This document shows positions 1-12,600 of a stretch of 64,000 bases of DNA, one piece after another. The notes beneath the pieces are model-generated. The model did not search any database. It was not told where the DNA came from and saw nothing but the letters and a program-made list of their open reading frames with translations. Position 1 is the first letter of the stretch. Each line of letters starts with the position of its first letter. The DNA is taken from the NCBI GenBank assembly GCA_964188305.1, contig OZ076886.1; one strand, written 5' to 3'. The position numbers and the translations under genes were made by a program. The stretch comes from Podarcis bocagei. Taxonomy: Eukaryota.

Positions 1-41
1 GTACAGTCACTGCCATTTGGATTTAAGAACTCCATTAAATC
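1..41 (-). CDS. TXNDC15: TXNDC15 coding exon 3 (partial, runs off window)
   Basis: Acceptor ctctttcag|GAT; encodes DLMEFLNPNGSDC, matching the start of the thioredoxin-like domain region of vertebrate TXNDC15 (human DLMDFLNPNGSDCT, recalled). Confidence 0.93.
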
Positions 42-1019
42 CTGAAAGAGAAGGAGAAAAGTGACTTTTTAAAGGCATAATGGGAAATTATTTAACTTAG
101 TATTGCTCATGTTAATTATCCTGATCTCAACAAGGCAGTAAAGTACTTCTGCATGCAAGGTGAACTTGGTCAATTCAGGTTAAAAAAAGTATTACCTGCA
201 CAACAGTTTTTAAATTACTTAGGGGGCTTTTAACTTTCATTGCAACCATGAAGTTCAGGAGAAATTTTGACATTCACCTATTTACCACCATCAGCAGAGA
301 CACAACCCACAACCTCATCCCAGGCATAGGCCAAATTTGGCCGGCCAGGTTATTTTGGAGGACCCACACCTGCTCACCCATACACCCACCCTACACCCAA
401 TGTCATACTGGTAACAGTGGGGCTTCCAAAGGAGCAACCAACAGCTTAAAGCAACCTCCTGGTTATTTCTTTACTGGAGCAAGGCATGTTTCTTTGCTAG
501 AGTAAGGCATGGGCAGATAAGCAATAGGAAAGCACCTTGCTCAAGGAGGAAGAAGCAGTTTCCGTGAAATAGAAATTGCCTCTCCCTCCTAGGACTGCTC
601 TTTGAAGCAGCCCCCATAGTCCCTTTCAACTTCCAAAATCAGAAGTTGAAAGGAGCAGTGTGTGGCAGTTTGCAGAGAGTTCAGTTTGGCTATGCACAAC
701 TGTTCCCACACCCAGCTGCCAAATTTGGCTCACCAGAGGGTAGGGAGATAACTATCTATCCTGCCAGCCAGAAAAAGTGAGGTGGTCTAAAGTGAGATGT
801 AAGGGTAGTAGTATAAGATGCAGCCTTGAGGCTTGAGGAAAACAAATACAGAATATACACAGAATTCATCCTTTTTCTTCCTGAATAATTTTATTCAAGC
901 AAGTTATGCCTTCCACATTTATACAAAGAATTCTGATAATAAGACGACAAATGAAAAAAACTCTTAAATTAAAATAATTTTTATATATATATAAATCAAT
1001 TAGAGTGCTTTCTACTTAC

Positions 1020-1510
1020 TTGTGAAATATTCAAGATTTGTAATGTGAAGTTTGTTATCCCTGTAATGTTTCTTTCCTCACAATTCACTTTTGGGGTTTT
1101 CATACCATCTGTGCTATTAGAGTCCTCTCCTGATGAAGGATGCACTGCTTCCAGAACTACAGGTGAATCTATTACTTGCTCTTGTATAGGAGACCCAGGT
1201 TGAGATAAAAATGAAACAATACCCTGCGTACTGCATTCACCATCAACGGCTGCATCACAGGTGCCGGTGTCATGCTCCAAGACCTGTCTCTCCTTGGACT
1301 CACCTGGAACAACTGACAGAACTACAGGCTCAGCTGCAGGTATGCTGCTACCCATCATAGCATCAGCTATCTCTGCAGTCCTGTATTGTACTGATTCTTT
1401 AGGTCCATCGCTGCTTGCAGGTACAGAACTGCTTTTCACAGCGAATGGTACAGCAGTTTCACTTAACTTTTCAGATGGCGAGTCAGTGGTTTCTTCCATT
1501 TCAGCTACTG
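1020..1510 (-). CDS. TXNDC15: TXNDC15 coding exon 2
   Basis: Acceptor ttttttgtag|CAG, donor CAA|gtaagt; 491 nt, phase 1 to phase 0; ends [25 protein letters not shown], like human [25 protein letters not shown]. Confidence 0.95.
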
Positions 1511-1732
1511 CTACAAAAAATGCAAGAACATATAACATCTTTAGTGCTGAACAATAGGAGTACATCTATCTTTATTCAACGCCACAACGCAGCAGTGGGT
1601 GGAACTTACAATCCAATGTGTGAGTTGAGGGGGCTCAAAGAAAGCAAACCGTTCAGTGAGGCTCACACACTGCAGCAACCACTGTCACCCTCACCTCACC
1701 ATAAATACCAGCGTGGCATGAAATATTCAGTA

Positions 1733-1971
1733 CAGTGGTACCTCGGGTTACATACGCTTCAGGTTACATACGCTTCAGGTTACAGACTTCGCTAACCCAG
1801 AAATAGTGCTTCAGGTTAAGAACTTTGCTTCAGGATAAGAACAGAAATCGTGCTCTGGCGGCACAGCAGCAGCGGGAGGCCCCATTAGCTAAAGTGGTCT
1901 TCAGGTTAAACAGTTTCAGGTTAAGTATGGACCTCCGGAACGAATTAAGTACTTAACCCGAGGTACCACTG
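1733..1971. mobile_element. Tc1/mariner-pogo (Tigger-like) MITE family A, copy 1
   Basis: TIR cagtggtacctcgggtta / taacccgaggtaccactg, TA on both sides, many internal cttcaggtta motifs. Confidence 0.9.
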
Positions 1972-2565
1972 TATTGTTGACCAAAGCCCAGTGTCATTTT
2001 TTATGAAGTCTTTCTTTGTACTGTAGAAAATAGACCCCATCCAAGATATGTACAGAAAAGAAACATACAACAACAAAAAACAGAATCCTGCCACCCAAGA
2101 ATACAAGTTCAACTTTGGCTACCACTCTATATATTCAGCAGGGGTGGGCAATTTCAGAATTGTGCGGTCTGCTTCCCCCCACCCCCAAATCCCCTAGGAC
2201 CCGCAAGCACACTTCAAGCTTATAAAACAAGAGTACACAACACTAGATCTGTCACTTAGGCATCTGCTCCCGCTTGGTAAAGCAGCGCTTGGTTTGCTGG
2301 ATCAAACGAAGCCGCACGTAGGCCTGCAAGTTTCCCTAGCGCAAGACTACATTTTACCTTCTGCCCTATCTTGCTTGTTCTCCAGAGAGAGAAACAGATG
2401 AAAGAGGAGTTGCTTCCTACTTCTCCAAAGCATTTAAAAAAGAAGCAGCAACAAGGGGTGGCGACGCGAGCCTAGCTGGCTCGCCCCTCGTTCCACACAG
2501 GTGCACGAAGGAGGCGCGCAGCCTGTCCTCAGCATCTCCGCTCAGCTGCCCCTTCCCCCGGCGGT

Positions 2566-2579
2566 GCTACCATAGCAAC
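2566..2579. promoter_or_regulatory. RFX X-box motif GCTACCATAGCAAC in TXNDC15 intron 1
   Basis: Fits X-box consensus RYYNYY-AT-RRNRAC; ~15 nt from the exon 1 donor. Confidence 0.55.
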
Positions 2580-2593
2580 GGAGCCCTCCTTAC

Positions 2594-2666
2594 CTGCGAG
2601 AAGACTTGCGAGCAGCCAGGCCAGCCAGAGGCCCCGCCCCCGCCCGCGCGAGGACAAGACCATCAT
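2594..2666 (-). CDS. TXNDC15: TXNDC15 coding exon 1 (signal peptide)
   Basis: ATGATG at 2666; MMVLSSRGRGRGLWLAWLLASLLA then G|gtaagg donor; phase 1 joins exon 2; lies in CpG island. Confidence 0.88.
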
Positions 2667-3054
2667 CCTCGCAAGGGAGGGGGGAGCTGGGAGAGGGGGG
2701 CAAGGAAAAGACCCGGCGGATCAACCGGAAAACAAGGTCCAGTCCAACAACAGCCGCTTCCGCTCTCCACTCGTTTCCGTTTCCGGGGCACCACGGAAAC
2801 AAACAAACTCTATGGAGCTTGAAAAATCCTTTTGTCCGCTGGCGGACCGGATGTCCTGACTGTTTCTCTCCAGGACCCGACTGTGCCTCGCTCGGCGGCA
2901 GGTGGCAGTGCAGAAACCCAAGACCTTGCCCTTGCCAGGATTTGCCAGCACTGTATCTGTCTACCCCGTTTTCTAACTGTTGTGCAAGAAGAAATAAAGT
3001 GCCTGATATTATTATCGCCGTATTGCAGATTGAGCCGGATGGGCGGAGTATAAA

Positions 3055-3133
<79 letters not shown>
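3055..3133. repeat. (TAT)n microsatellite, ~26 units
   Basis: Direct reading. Confidence 0.98.
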
Positions 3134-3134
<1 letters not shown>

Positions 3135-4287
3135 GTTCAGTTTATCTGCCACCAACTTACGAGGGTGGGAAGAGAGTTCGACTGAGGCAGAGAGCTCTGT
3201 GACAATCCTGGCCTTGGTACTTTTGTCTCCCCAGCGCAGATCTAAACTAAGGAGAGCTCAGATAAAAATCGGGATTTTCCTTCCCTGTGGCAATCCCCAT
3301 AGAGATCCCCGATGCGGCTGCCATTTTTACTGTGGGAGGAGCCTTTGTCATTATCGATTTGACTGTGGCTGCCACCTTGGGTCTGTCCGGAAACGGAATC
3401 CAAACCAGACGAGGGGCCGTCTAAAAGGGACGGCTCGAAACCGGGCGTCTCCCCGATACATGAGGCAGCCTGAAAGGAAAAGGAGGCGTAGAACTGGGCA
3501 GCTCTGGCTGCATGGGAAATGCAGCCTGTAGCGGTCGCTATAGGGCTGCTAAATGCATACGAAGGAAAAAGAACAATACCCACTGCCGACTCCAAGCAAT
3601 AACAATGAATTTACGATAGTTGGCGCAAATTGAAAGTATTTAAAGCATTAAACCAAAATCGATTCCGCAGCACTCTGCATCCCGAGGCGGCAACATTGTT
3701 TACAACCCGCAGAATACTTTGCCCAGCCTCCAGGCGAGTATTCTGCTGCAGAGGCAATTATTTATTTACGGTAATATAGTCCTGCCTTCTACTGATTCTA
3801 CGGAAGCTGATGTTAGTTTGATCTAGCTTGAACGCCTCTCCCTAATTAAGACACAGCAATAACATCTTCATACAGTTTGGGGCTCTGTAAATGGGTTGCA
3901 GTATCAGTGTCGTAGAAGAGTAGAAGTTCCTAAAGTTGGGTTCATTTACAGCAGCAGCAGCAAAACAAACAAAACACCTGCTGTAAGGAGATTCAATTTC
4001 TGCACCCAGACAACAGCAGTAAACATTTCGGATATTGAGTGTGCTGGCTGGCAATGATAACGTGGTCTCCTTCTAAAACATACCACTGCAATAATGCAGA
4101 TCTTTCGGAATGTGATAAAGCAGAAGAAACTATGACCAGTGGTTACCTAACACAACTTATGCCTTTAGGTAGGCAAGCAGAGCTCTTTAGTAGAGATGTT
4201 AAAAATGAACTTTTTACATGCAAAATATGTTCCCATTCAGTGAACTAGGAGCTTTGTCTCTTAGAAGGGACACTAAGCATACGCACC

Positions 4288-4439
4288 ATACATTTAAATC
4301 ACATTTAGCACACACTGCCTCCCCCCCAAAATTCCTGGGAACTATAGTTTACCCCTCAAAGCAGTAGCATTCCCAGCACTCTTAACAAACTAAAGTTCCC
4401 AGAATTCTTTGAGTGAAATAATCTGCTTTAAATGTATGG
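4288..4439. mobile_element. Palindromic MITE-like element
   Basis: Arms ccatacatttaaa / tttaaatgtatgg and ctgggaact / agttcccag. Confidence 0.55.
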
Positions 4440-4797
4440 CTATTTTGGTGCTTTGGCAATATTTCCTGTCCTCAGTATTATTATGAAAGAAAAATAACTT
4501 CTAAGAAATACTGTTGTGATAATATTAAGGAACCCAATTTATTTGGTTATTTCTACCACACATTATACTGGCTAGGATCTGACCAACAGTGGCCACACTT
4601 AACCTGTAAAATGCTCAGTTATTCCAACATGGAGCTAGCAGAACCAATTTGATTCTAATATTTGAAGCTGCTGTAGTCTTCACGTGTAAGCAATGTTCTA
4701 GAGTGACATGACTAAAGGACCCCTAGATTATCCCAAAGATTCACCCACTGTCTTGTGCTGATATCTATGCTAATTAGCCTTTATTCTAATTATATTA

Positions 4798-5047
4798 CGG
4801 TATTGGCCCGAATATAAGCTGCACCTTTAAAATTCGGGGGGGGGGGGAGAGAAAAAAGACAATACCCGAATATAAGCCGCTCCCTTAAAATTCCGCTGGC
4901 ACTCACACCTGTTCCATTTTACCATATGTGTTTCAGCAGTGATATTGTAAAAGCCAGTTTTTGTAAGGTCACGAATTTAAGCCACACTTGAACTGTTCAC
5001 GGTCGGAATTTGGGAAAGAAGTGAGGCTTATATTCAGGCCAATACGG
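4798..5047. mobile_element. Tc2/pogo-like MITE with CCGTATT-type TIR
   Basis: ta-cggtattggcccgaatataag ... cttatattcaggccaatacgg-ta; internal repeat of cccgaatataagc. Confidence 0.85.
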
Positions 5048-5126
5048 TACATAGAAATAACTTCCAATGGAAGCCAGTGAGGCACAATATAGGAAACTTC
5101 TTTTACAGACATTTGAAGATCATAAC

Positions 5127-5296
5127 TTTGTGGTACAGGCTTACAGCATCTACATTACATGTAGAAGATCCCAGGTTCAGTCCTCTGCATCTCCAGGTAG
5201 AGTTGGGGAAGAACCCTGCCTGAAATCCAGTTAGTGTAAACAATGCTGAGCTACATAGACCCATGGTCTGACTCAGCATAAGATAGTTTTCCATAT
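5127..5296 (+). mobile_element. Squam3-like tRNA-derived SINE
   Basis: B-box-like ggttcagtcc followed by catctccaggtagagttggggaagaaccctgcctgaaa body. Confidence 0.65.
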
Positions 5297-5334
5297 GCCT
5301 ATGATATTTCCAAAGCCTGCATACAAAAATGATT

Positions 5335-5470
5335 ATCACAGAATCATAGAGTTGGAAGTGACGCTGAGGGTCATGCAGGAATCCTGCCCACAGCTGTCCT
5401 TGTGTAGGCTCAAACCACCAACCTTCTGTTTAACAGCCAGACACACTGAAGTTAAACCATTGTGCTACCT
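5335..5470 (-). mobile_element. tRNA-Asn-headed SINE with CR1-type 3' tail
   Basis: Minus strand ggctgttaaacagaaggttggtggtttgagcc (tRNA-Asn-like), then ttccaactctatgattctgtg CR1 terminus. Confidence 0.65.
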
Positions 5471-5715
5471 CAAGTGGTTTGTCTAGTCTATGTGCTCATG
5501 TGTGGGCATGCTGCTGCATATTGCTCTGCAGTTGGAGTAGGGAAACTTTGGCCCTCCAGTTGTTACTGAACTAGCATGCATGGCCAATTATCATGTTTGC
5601 ATGTGCTATCTTCCTGTCTTGCATGTGTGCTTGCTCATGTTTGCATGTGAAGTTCTCATGATTGGGTGGGTAGGTAGGAGACAGACAGACAGATAGAATG
5701 AAGGACTGCCATGAC

Positions 5716-5785
5716 CATGCATTGCAGGGGATTGAACTAGATGATCCTTTGGGTTCCTTCCAACTCTACAGTTCTCTGATTCTAT
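5716..5785 (+). mobile_element. CR1-type 3' end fragment
   Basis: gaactagatgatcctttgggttccttccaactctacagttctctgattct. Confidence 0.7.
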
Positions 5786-6950
5786 TCACTGGTTTGGCTC
5801 ACTTCAAGTATGTTGTTCTATATCTCATCTCTTTTGATATCTCTGTGTTAACTTAATTTTCAGTCTCAGATAATAAAGGACTGAATTCCAAGGCTATTGT
5901 CTCAGCTTTACTTCTTCCTCTCCAGACAGCTAATCAAATGGGACTACAGGACAAACTAGGAACAAACTAAAAACATCAACAATATGAAGATGACCTACCT
6001 TGCAGGGGCAATATCTAATTACTGAGATATTGTGACTTTCAATACTTTATATCACTGCAGAGTTATGTATTATAGACAAGTCATCACAATCATTGGCCTT
6101 AGGTTAATTCAATTCCATTTTCAAAAAATATCCATTAAAAACAAAAAGCTGTTTTAGGATCAAAATGCTTTTCTAAGTAAGTACAATGTAAGAGCCTGTA
6201 GAATGCATTTTTCTGCAAGCATGATTCGTTAGTTAGGGTAGAGTGGCTTAACTTGCAATTGCCTTGATTTTTGGCACATGAATTAAATTCCTAAGCATGT
6301 AAAATTTTCTCTTAAACCAAAGTTTGTTTGATTGTTTTATCCAAGAACAAATATAATGGGAGAGATGCAGCAAAGGAACATGAATAGTCCATAGATTATT
6401 GTTTATACTTATCTAGGGAAGCATATGAAACAACCTACTTTGGCACTGCTGGATAACCAGACTCTCATACATCATCTCTTTCTTTTCATAGCTACCCAGC
6501 AGACTTGAAATGGCCCAAATTCAGTGCACTTTAATGTAAAATTTATGAGAATTCCAAAACAGAATAGAGTTGCCCGCACACTGTTTGCAACTGTATGTTC
6601 CAAATAAACTAGGTTTTGTATTTATTTCTACCATGACAAAAAGTTTTAACTTATACATTAGATGGATATTATGCCAAAGCCGCCAGAAAGTGGTACAGAA
6701 AGATACCCATCTGCCTTTAGACACTGTTAACAATCTAAAGTGCTCTCATTTGCAAGTTTTATTTTGCTTTAAATCTTTGGAAGTTTTTACAATGACATAA
6801 CTTACAACAAACTTAGAATGTAGGTTACTGTAGATGAAAAAAACTCTGAGTCTATAGAATATCCTTTTGGTATTACTTAAACATGAAGAAGAACCTTGGA
6901 AAAATGCAAAAGAAAACATGCCTTAGAAAAAGAAAAAGCCCTTTTATCCA

Positions 6951-7098
6951 AAATAAAAAAATTCCTTCCAGTAGCACCTTAAAGACCAACTAAGTTAGTT
7001 CTTGGTATGAGCTTTCGTGTGCATGCACACTTCTTCAGATCCCTTTTTTTTTTTTTTTACTATGACAGACCAACACGGCTACCTATCTACTACTGGAA
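6951..7098 (-). mobile_element. Short Penelope-like (PLE) terminal insert, copy 1, with 12-bp TSD
   Basis: TSD cccttttatcca (6939-6950 / 7099-7110); contains the hammerhead-bearing segment plus inverted pLTR end cagaccaacacggctacc. Confidence 0.8.
7005..7042 (-). ncRNA. Minimal type I hammerhead ribozyme motif (core intact)
   Basis: Minus strand ggAU CUGAAGA A GUGUGCAUGCACAC GAAA GCUC AUAC. Confidence 0.6.
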
Positions 7099-9659
7099 CC
7101 CTTTTATCCAGGCACTTAATCCTGGAAATTATAGGTTTGTTTAAGGCAGGTTTGGTTAGCAGTTGTATCTTGCAGTTTATCTATTTGAAAATTAGTCTGC
7201 TTCATTGAGATCAGAAACTCATAGGTGATAATTGCCAATAACGTGAACAATTGAAAGGGACATTTAAGATCATGGGTGGCCCTCCAGATGTTGCTGAGCT
7301 CCAAATCCCATCAACCCCAGGCAGCATGGCCATGCTCTTAAATATCTCTTTCAATTGTTCATGTTATTGGCAATTTGCTTTTCGGACACAAACCACACAT
7401 AATTTTCTTTTATCTGCTGTGTGTCTCTGTCTCACCATGAAATGCAGTGCTTGGGACCAAAAAAGATGTTAAGTTTTGATCCACACTCTTACATGTCCCT
7501 GCATAAATGATATACTTTGTGAATGCCTTCCCATCTTACATTGGAGATGGGACCCATATGGGATTGGATCTTCTGTTGAAGTAAGTTCATTTGGATTCAA
7601 TTCATGGTGTTTATGGAATATTAAGTAACTTATCCTGAAACAGTTATCTAACAGCTGTGATATGCATAAAAAGATGGGGTTTGCTTTCTGCTATTTAAAA
7701 AAAAAATCATAGAATGGTTTCTGCCCCCACCCTATGTACCTGAATAATAACTTAAGGTGCAGTTTTTGACATTTTTTCTGTCTTGTTATCAGTAAATACT
7801 CAGTGGTGTGTAGACCACCAAGGTGGTCAATTGTTTAAATATAGCTGTTTGGATAAAAGCCTCTTACTGAACCATAATTACCATAGCCAACAGGAACAAT
7901 GCTAAATTTTGATAGTTCAGATTTCCCCCTAATTATTATTGATATTGAAACTTTGCCACATCACAGCGATACATAGAAATGTCGAGATCTTTAAAGAGGA
8001 CTACTCATAACAACATATCTAGCAATACATCAGGTATAACCCTACATATTCTAAATTTTAAGCAAAATTGTATCAAGTGCCTTACATAAATGGCATGAGC
8101 AGCACTATAGTATAGCACCATTGTTAGCTGGATGTCTCTAAAATTTTGACTGCAAGAGGAATAAGAATCTAGAATAAGAAGAGGATTAAGAATCTGGTAT
8201 TAGTTCACAATTATCTACACCGGGTGACATGCAACATAATAAAATATTCTAAATTGCTTTGGGATGCCTCGTGGGAAGTGATTCATAGATGAAATAAATA
8301 ATAGCTGCTGTAGGTCCTCCTCCCTTCTGCAGCCCCCCCAAAATTTCCTCTGTAGGGCGGGGTGGGGAAGAAGTCCATTCACATTACATTATATATCACC
8401 TATTGACATTGCAGACACAAGTCTTTCCCAATCCAACTTGGAGATGCTAAGGTAGAAACTTGGACATTCTGCACGCAAAGCACTAAACTACATCCCCTTT
8501 CTCTTTATCAGGATGGGAAACATTCAACACACAAGACAAATTAGGCCCACCAGGATCCCCAGTTTTAACCTACAAGGCTGTATTCTCCAAGCCACACCCA
8601 CTTGCCTCACACCTGACAGCTTATGATAACAGGTGTGGGGCAGGTAAAGTCACAACTGCAAAGAAACCACCAGGAGTCTTAAAGTGTGTTCTGAATTGTT
8701 GCTTGGCAAGCAAGACCTGCATTTAGTGCTTTTAAATGCAAAGACCACTGGGGTCGGCTCCACTCAGGAGCTCCCAATCAGAGCACCCAAGTGGAGCTGA
8801 TCCCTGCCAAAACAGGGTGTACAATTAGCACTGCTTTCTGCAGAAGTCTTTGCGGCAGCAGTAGCAGCTTCAATTCAAGCCAAGGCTACAAAGGAAGAAG
8901 GGAAGTCTCAGGAACACAATTAAGAGTGTGCTGCTGATTCTTCCTTTTGGAGCTTGAATAAATGGCTGTCACATGACATCTGCCAGTCAAAAGTGGTCAG
9001 CAGAGGGTGGCTCAGATCTGGATCCAGCCTGCTGATCTGATCCGGTTCCCCACCCCTCCTCTATATGCAATACCACTGTAAAAATGTTTTCCTTGTCAAA
9101 TTACAGAGCAAGTCTGTTGATGTAAGCTGAAAACATACATATAATAAATTAAGTTCAGATAAATAAAAAACCTGAAGTCACTCAAACCAAGGTTTGAACT
9201 GTCACTAAAATTAATGCAAGGTGGTCTTATAACATTTCTGAAAGTCTTTCAAGAAATAGTGGGGCTGCAGTATTGCTGTTTATGGCCACTAAGACTATCT
9301 GCATTGCCCAGCATCCTAATTATGATTGGTAAGCTGGCCTGGAGATAACAAACAGGGAGTAAGTAATCCCTATATGGTGGGCCCAATCCCTAATACTTTC
9401 AGAAAATAAAGTGGGGGAGAGAAGGGAGTTGGGAATTATTTTTGTTTGGAAAATATATCCATCTGATAAGAGAACAAGCGAGGGAAAGCATATAAAAAAG
9501 TAGTTCAAAACATTCAATTTCTTTTTATGGGTAACAATTGAAGAGTTGCTTTATTCATCTGCAAAGCTGGTTAATTTAACAGGTGTTTGCTGGGTTTCAA
9601 CTTACACTGGGAGTGGGGGTGGCAAGACTATAAAACATACAGTAATAAAGTTATTTGGT

Positions 9660-12600
9660 GTTTAAAGCAATTACTTTATTAATAAATATACATCCATATG
9701 ATGACGTAAATACAGATCATGAACACTACTCCATTCCCATACAGACAATTGCACACGAGTAGCTGAAGTTCATGGACATAAGAACATACACAGTATCTAA
9801 TCAGACTTTTTACAGCAGAAGACAGGGTGATAATTAATGAGCAACTGTTTCCACCAAAATAACCCATCCCATCAGAAAAGCAAACAGTGAAAGATGAGAA
9901 TCTTAAAATGGCCCATTTAAGCAGATTTCTGAAAATTTCATAAAATTACTATAACTTTCAAGATGAAATAGATTACACATCGCAGAACCTAGATTTATCT
10001 ATCTGGAAAAAAATCAGAAGGAAAGGCCGCTCTAGTATTTTCTTACATGTATAATAATGTTTGAACTATGTTAAATATATGTATAATAATAAAACATAAT
10101 GTGAATATAAGTGGAATCCAAGAACTTTGATTACAAGAAACTGTTTTGTATTTAATAAATTGTTTGATGCTGCTCTATACATACAGTAATAAAAACCAGA
10201 ATGACAACTTAGGAAAAAGCTGTAAAGTTATCTCTACTACTCTGTCTTTCAAAAGAAGGCAAAAGTTAATGCTCTGATATTAACTGCCTTCTGCATTGTA
10301 GATCAGGGAATATCTCATCCCATATGCATTATCCTGACTTGCTGGGTTTGTCCCAAGACCAAAAGCAACTTCAAAGCATAATTGAAATGGACCACTGCAA
10401 AACAGAAATGCCAGATGAGTCCTGACCAGGAAGTTCTATTCTCAAAACTTGCAAAACATGAATTAATTTAAGAAAATTACCTGTATTTTAAAAAAATGGC
10501 ACCTTCACAATAGTTAGCCCCTAATTAAACTTACAGCAGTGTGTGTGTATGTGTGTGTGTAAAGATTTTGAAAATATCCAGTGCAAGACTTCAAAAATAG
10601 AAGTAAAATTATTTGGTTCTACGGTTTAAGTAAATTTCACCAGAAAGTGAACAGCAATTTCTGTAAGTGTTGAAAATAGCGGCTGTAGTATAGATCTCTC
10701 TTAATGCTTAGTTATGCTAATTGCTTTATCAAAAAGTGAAAAAGGCTATTTTTAAATCAAAAGAAAAGTGAACACAAGTTTGACATGTAGATTTTCTGAA
10801 CAGTGCCAATACACATCAACAATCCTAGCTTATGAAGAGCAGAATTAAGGTATATAATATAAAATTATCAATTTGCTTTACAAATCATGTATTAATACTA
10901 CAAGGAGAAAGGGACATTCCTCCTCCCCCTCTCCAATAATATCAAAGTATAGGAATTAACATGCTGTTTCAGTGTTTGTCATGACAAGAGACAGTGTTAC
11001 AAAAAAAGAAAAGAAAAAGAAAAACACAATGTATTCTGGAGATTATATACAGGAGTAGCAAAAATATTTGAATATACCATTCAAACATCTCAAGTTCTTG
11101 ACTTCTGTTTTCCCCCACAGCATGGCACTTGTAAACCGCAGTAGAGGATAAAATGAACTGGAATCAAGAAATGCCCAACAGTGTTTTTCTGGCCTCATTA
11201 ACAAATCCAGGCGTTAAACTGCCCTTTAGAGAAATGAAAGAGGATTTTTCTGGCCCCCCTCCCAACTTACAATATTAAGTTATTTTAATGGGTAAGTTTT
11301 CCATATGATATAATTAATAAGCACTATAAATGAACATAAATTGCTTAGATGAGTTCATTATTTTCTCAGCATATGTGAATACAAAATTCATTATACTAGA
11401 GCAATAATGCATCTGCGTTGTCTCCCAACACACTGCACGACACCATTGAGGAGATGCACACGTGAGAAATAAAAGGGTAGCTTGGAAAAACAGGAGGAGG
11501 TAAGTAGAGTTACTCAAAGGTACATTGGTGACATGCAACTTGCTCCTTGCCAGTAAGGTGTGCCGTTCTTGTAGTTTTTACATTCAGCTGCTTTCCTAGA
11601 GAGAGTTCAGAAAGGGTCTGAAACAGCCTCTGGGTTGGAAAAAAAAGAACCATCTAACAAAACAGCCAACACAATATATGTCCTGAGGGTGAACTAGCTC
11701 ACATTAGCACTGTGTGTGTCAGAAGTTGCACCACTGTGGGGAAAATTAATAAGAGTTTCATATTCCGAAGTTTCTTGAGGAAATATATAATGGACTTCAT
11801 AGCTTCAGCAAAAAATTATTTTACCAGCATTTAGCTGCCATTAGTTTACATGACTAAAGAGCCTTCCAGTACTGTTGAGGTTCAAGGTTGCCAGTGCATA
11901 CAAAGTCCCCCCAAAACAATTCAACACACCTATTATAAAATACAGGATAAAGTCCAGCTCATTATGAGTTAGGCATCACTGGAACACCTGAAGGCTTGCT
12001 GCTTTTTTCCTGATAAAAAAGGCATGAAATGACATCCATTTCTTAAGTTGTCATTACTAAAATCAGAGTTGTCATCAAAATGTCAGCAGGCCACAATATT
12101 TATCTTACAAAGGAAAAGAATGAATACTGTTCATTTTCATCTCTCTAATTAACCTGAAAGAAGTCTGTCCCCATGAATTTGCAAATATTTATCTATAACC
12201 TCTCTCTTGCGTATTTGAAGATACAAATTTAAATTTTTAATCTATAACTATATGTAAACTTATTTTCAGAATAGCTTTAGTTCTAAAGAAATATTTGGAA
12301 TATATTCAATATTGAGAGTTTATTCAGTTACAACGTAATGTGTGTATTATACATTGTCTCTCTCTCACACATACACATTTTTAAAAATAACAACACATAC
12401 CCAATTCAATGCAGAACATTTATTTTAGGTGCACAAAATGGCAAAATGTATGTATAGTTCTGCACCTCCATGCATAGATGTATTCCAATAGTTTGTTATA
12501 TATCTGGGGTCTATAAACACATCAAATTGCAACTTGCTTGTGCATCAACTGTATCATTTCCAATTATGATCCATGAAATGTCATCCTTTGGTAGATATAC

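Larger units (their letters stand above)
2250..3600. promoter_or_regulatory. CpG island / promoter of TXNDC15
   Basis: High GC and CpG density around exon 1; GC box ccccgccccc, ETS-like ccggaa/ttccg motifs, X-box-like motifs. Confidence 0.8.

Noticed and set aside
996-1565. 189-aa ORF as a stand-alone gene
   Set aside because: It is TXNDC15 exon 2 with intronic read-through at both ends
1415-1795. ORFs ending in QVTYASGYRLR (also 18140-18322) as a gene family
   Set aside because: The shared peptide comes from MITE family A sequence
2606-3595. ORFs across the TXNDC15 promoter, including a poly-Ile ORF
   Set aside because: Produced by the CpG island and the (TAT)n microsatellite; no homology recognised
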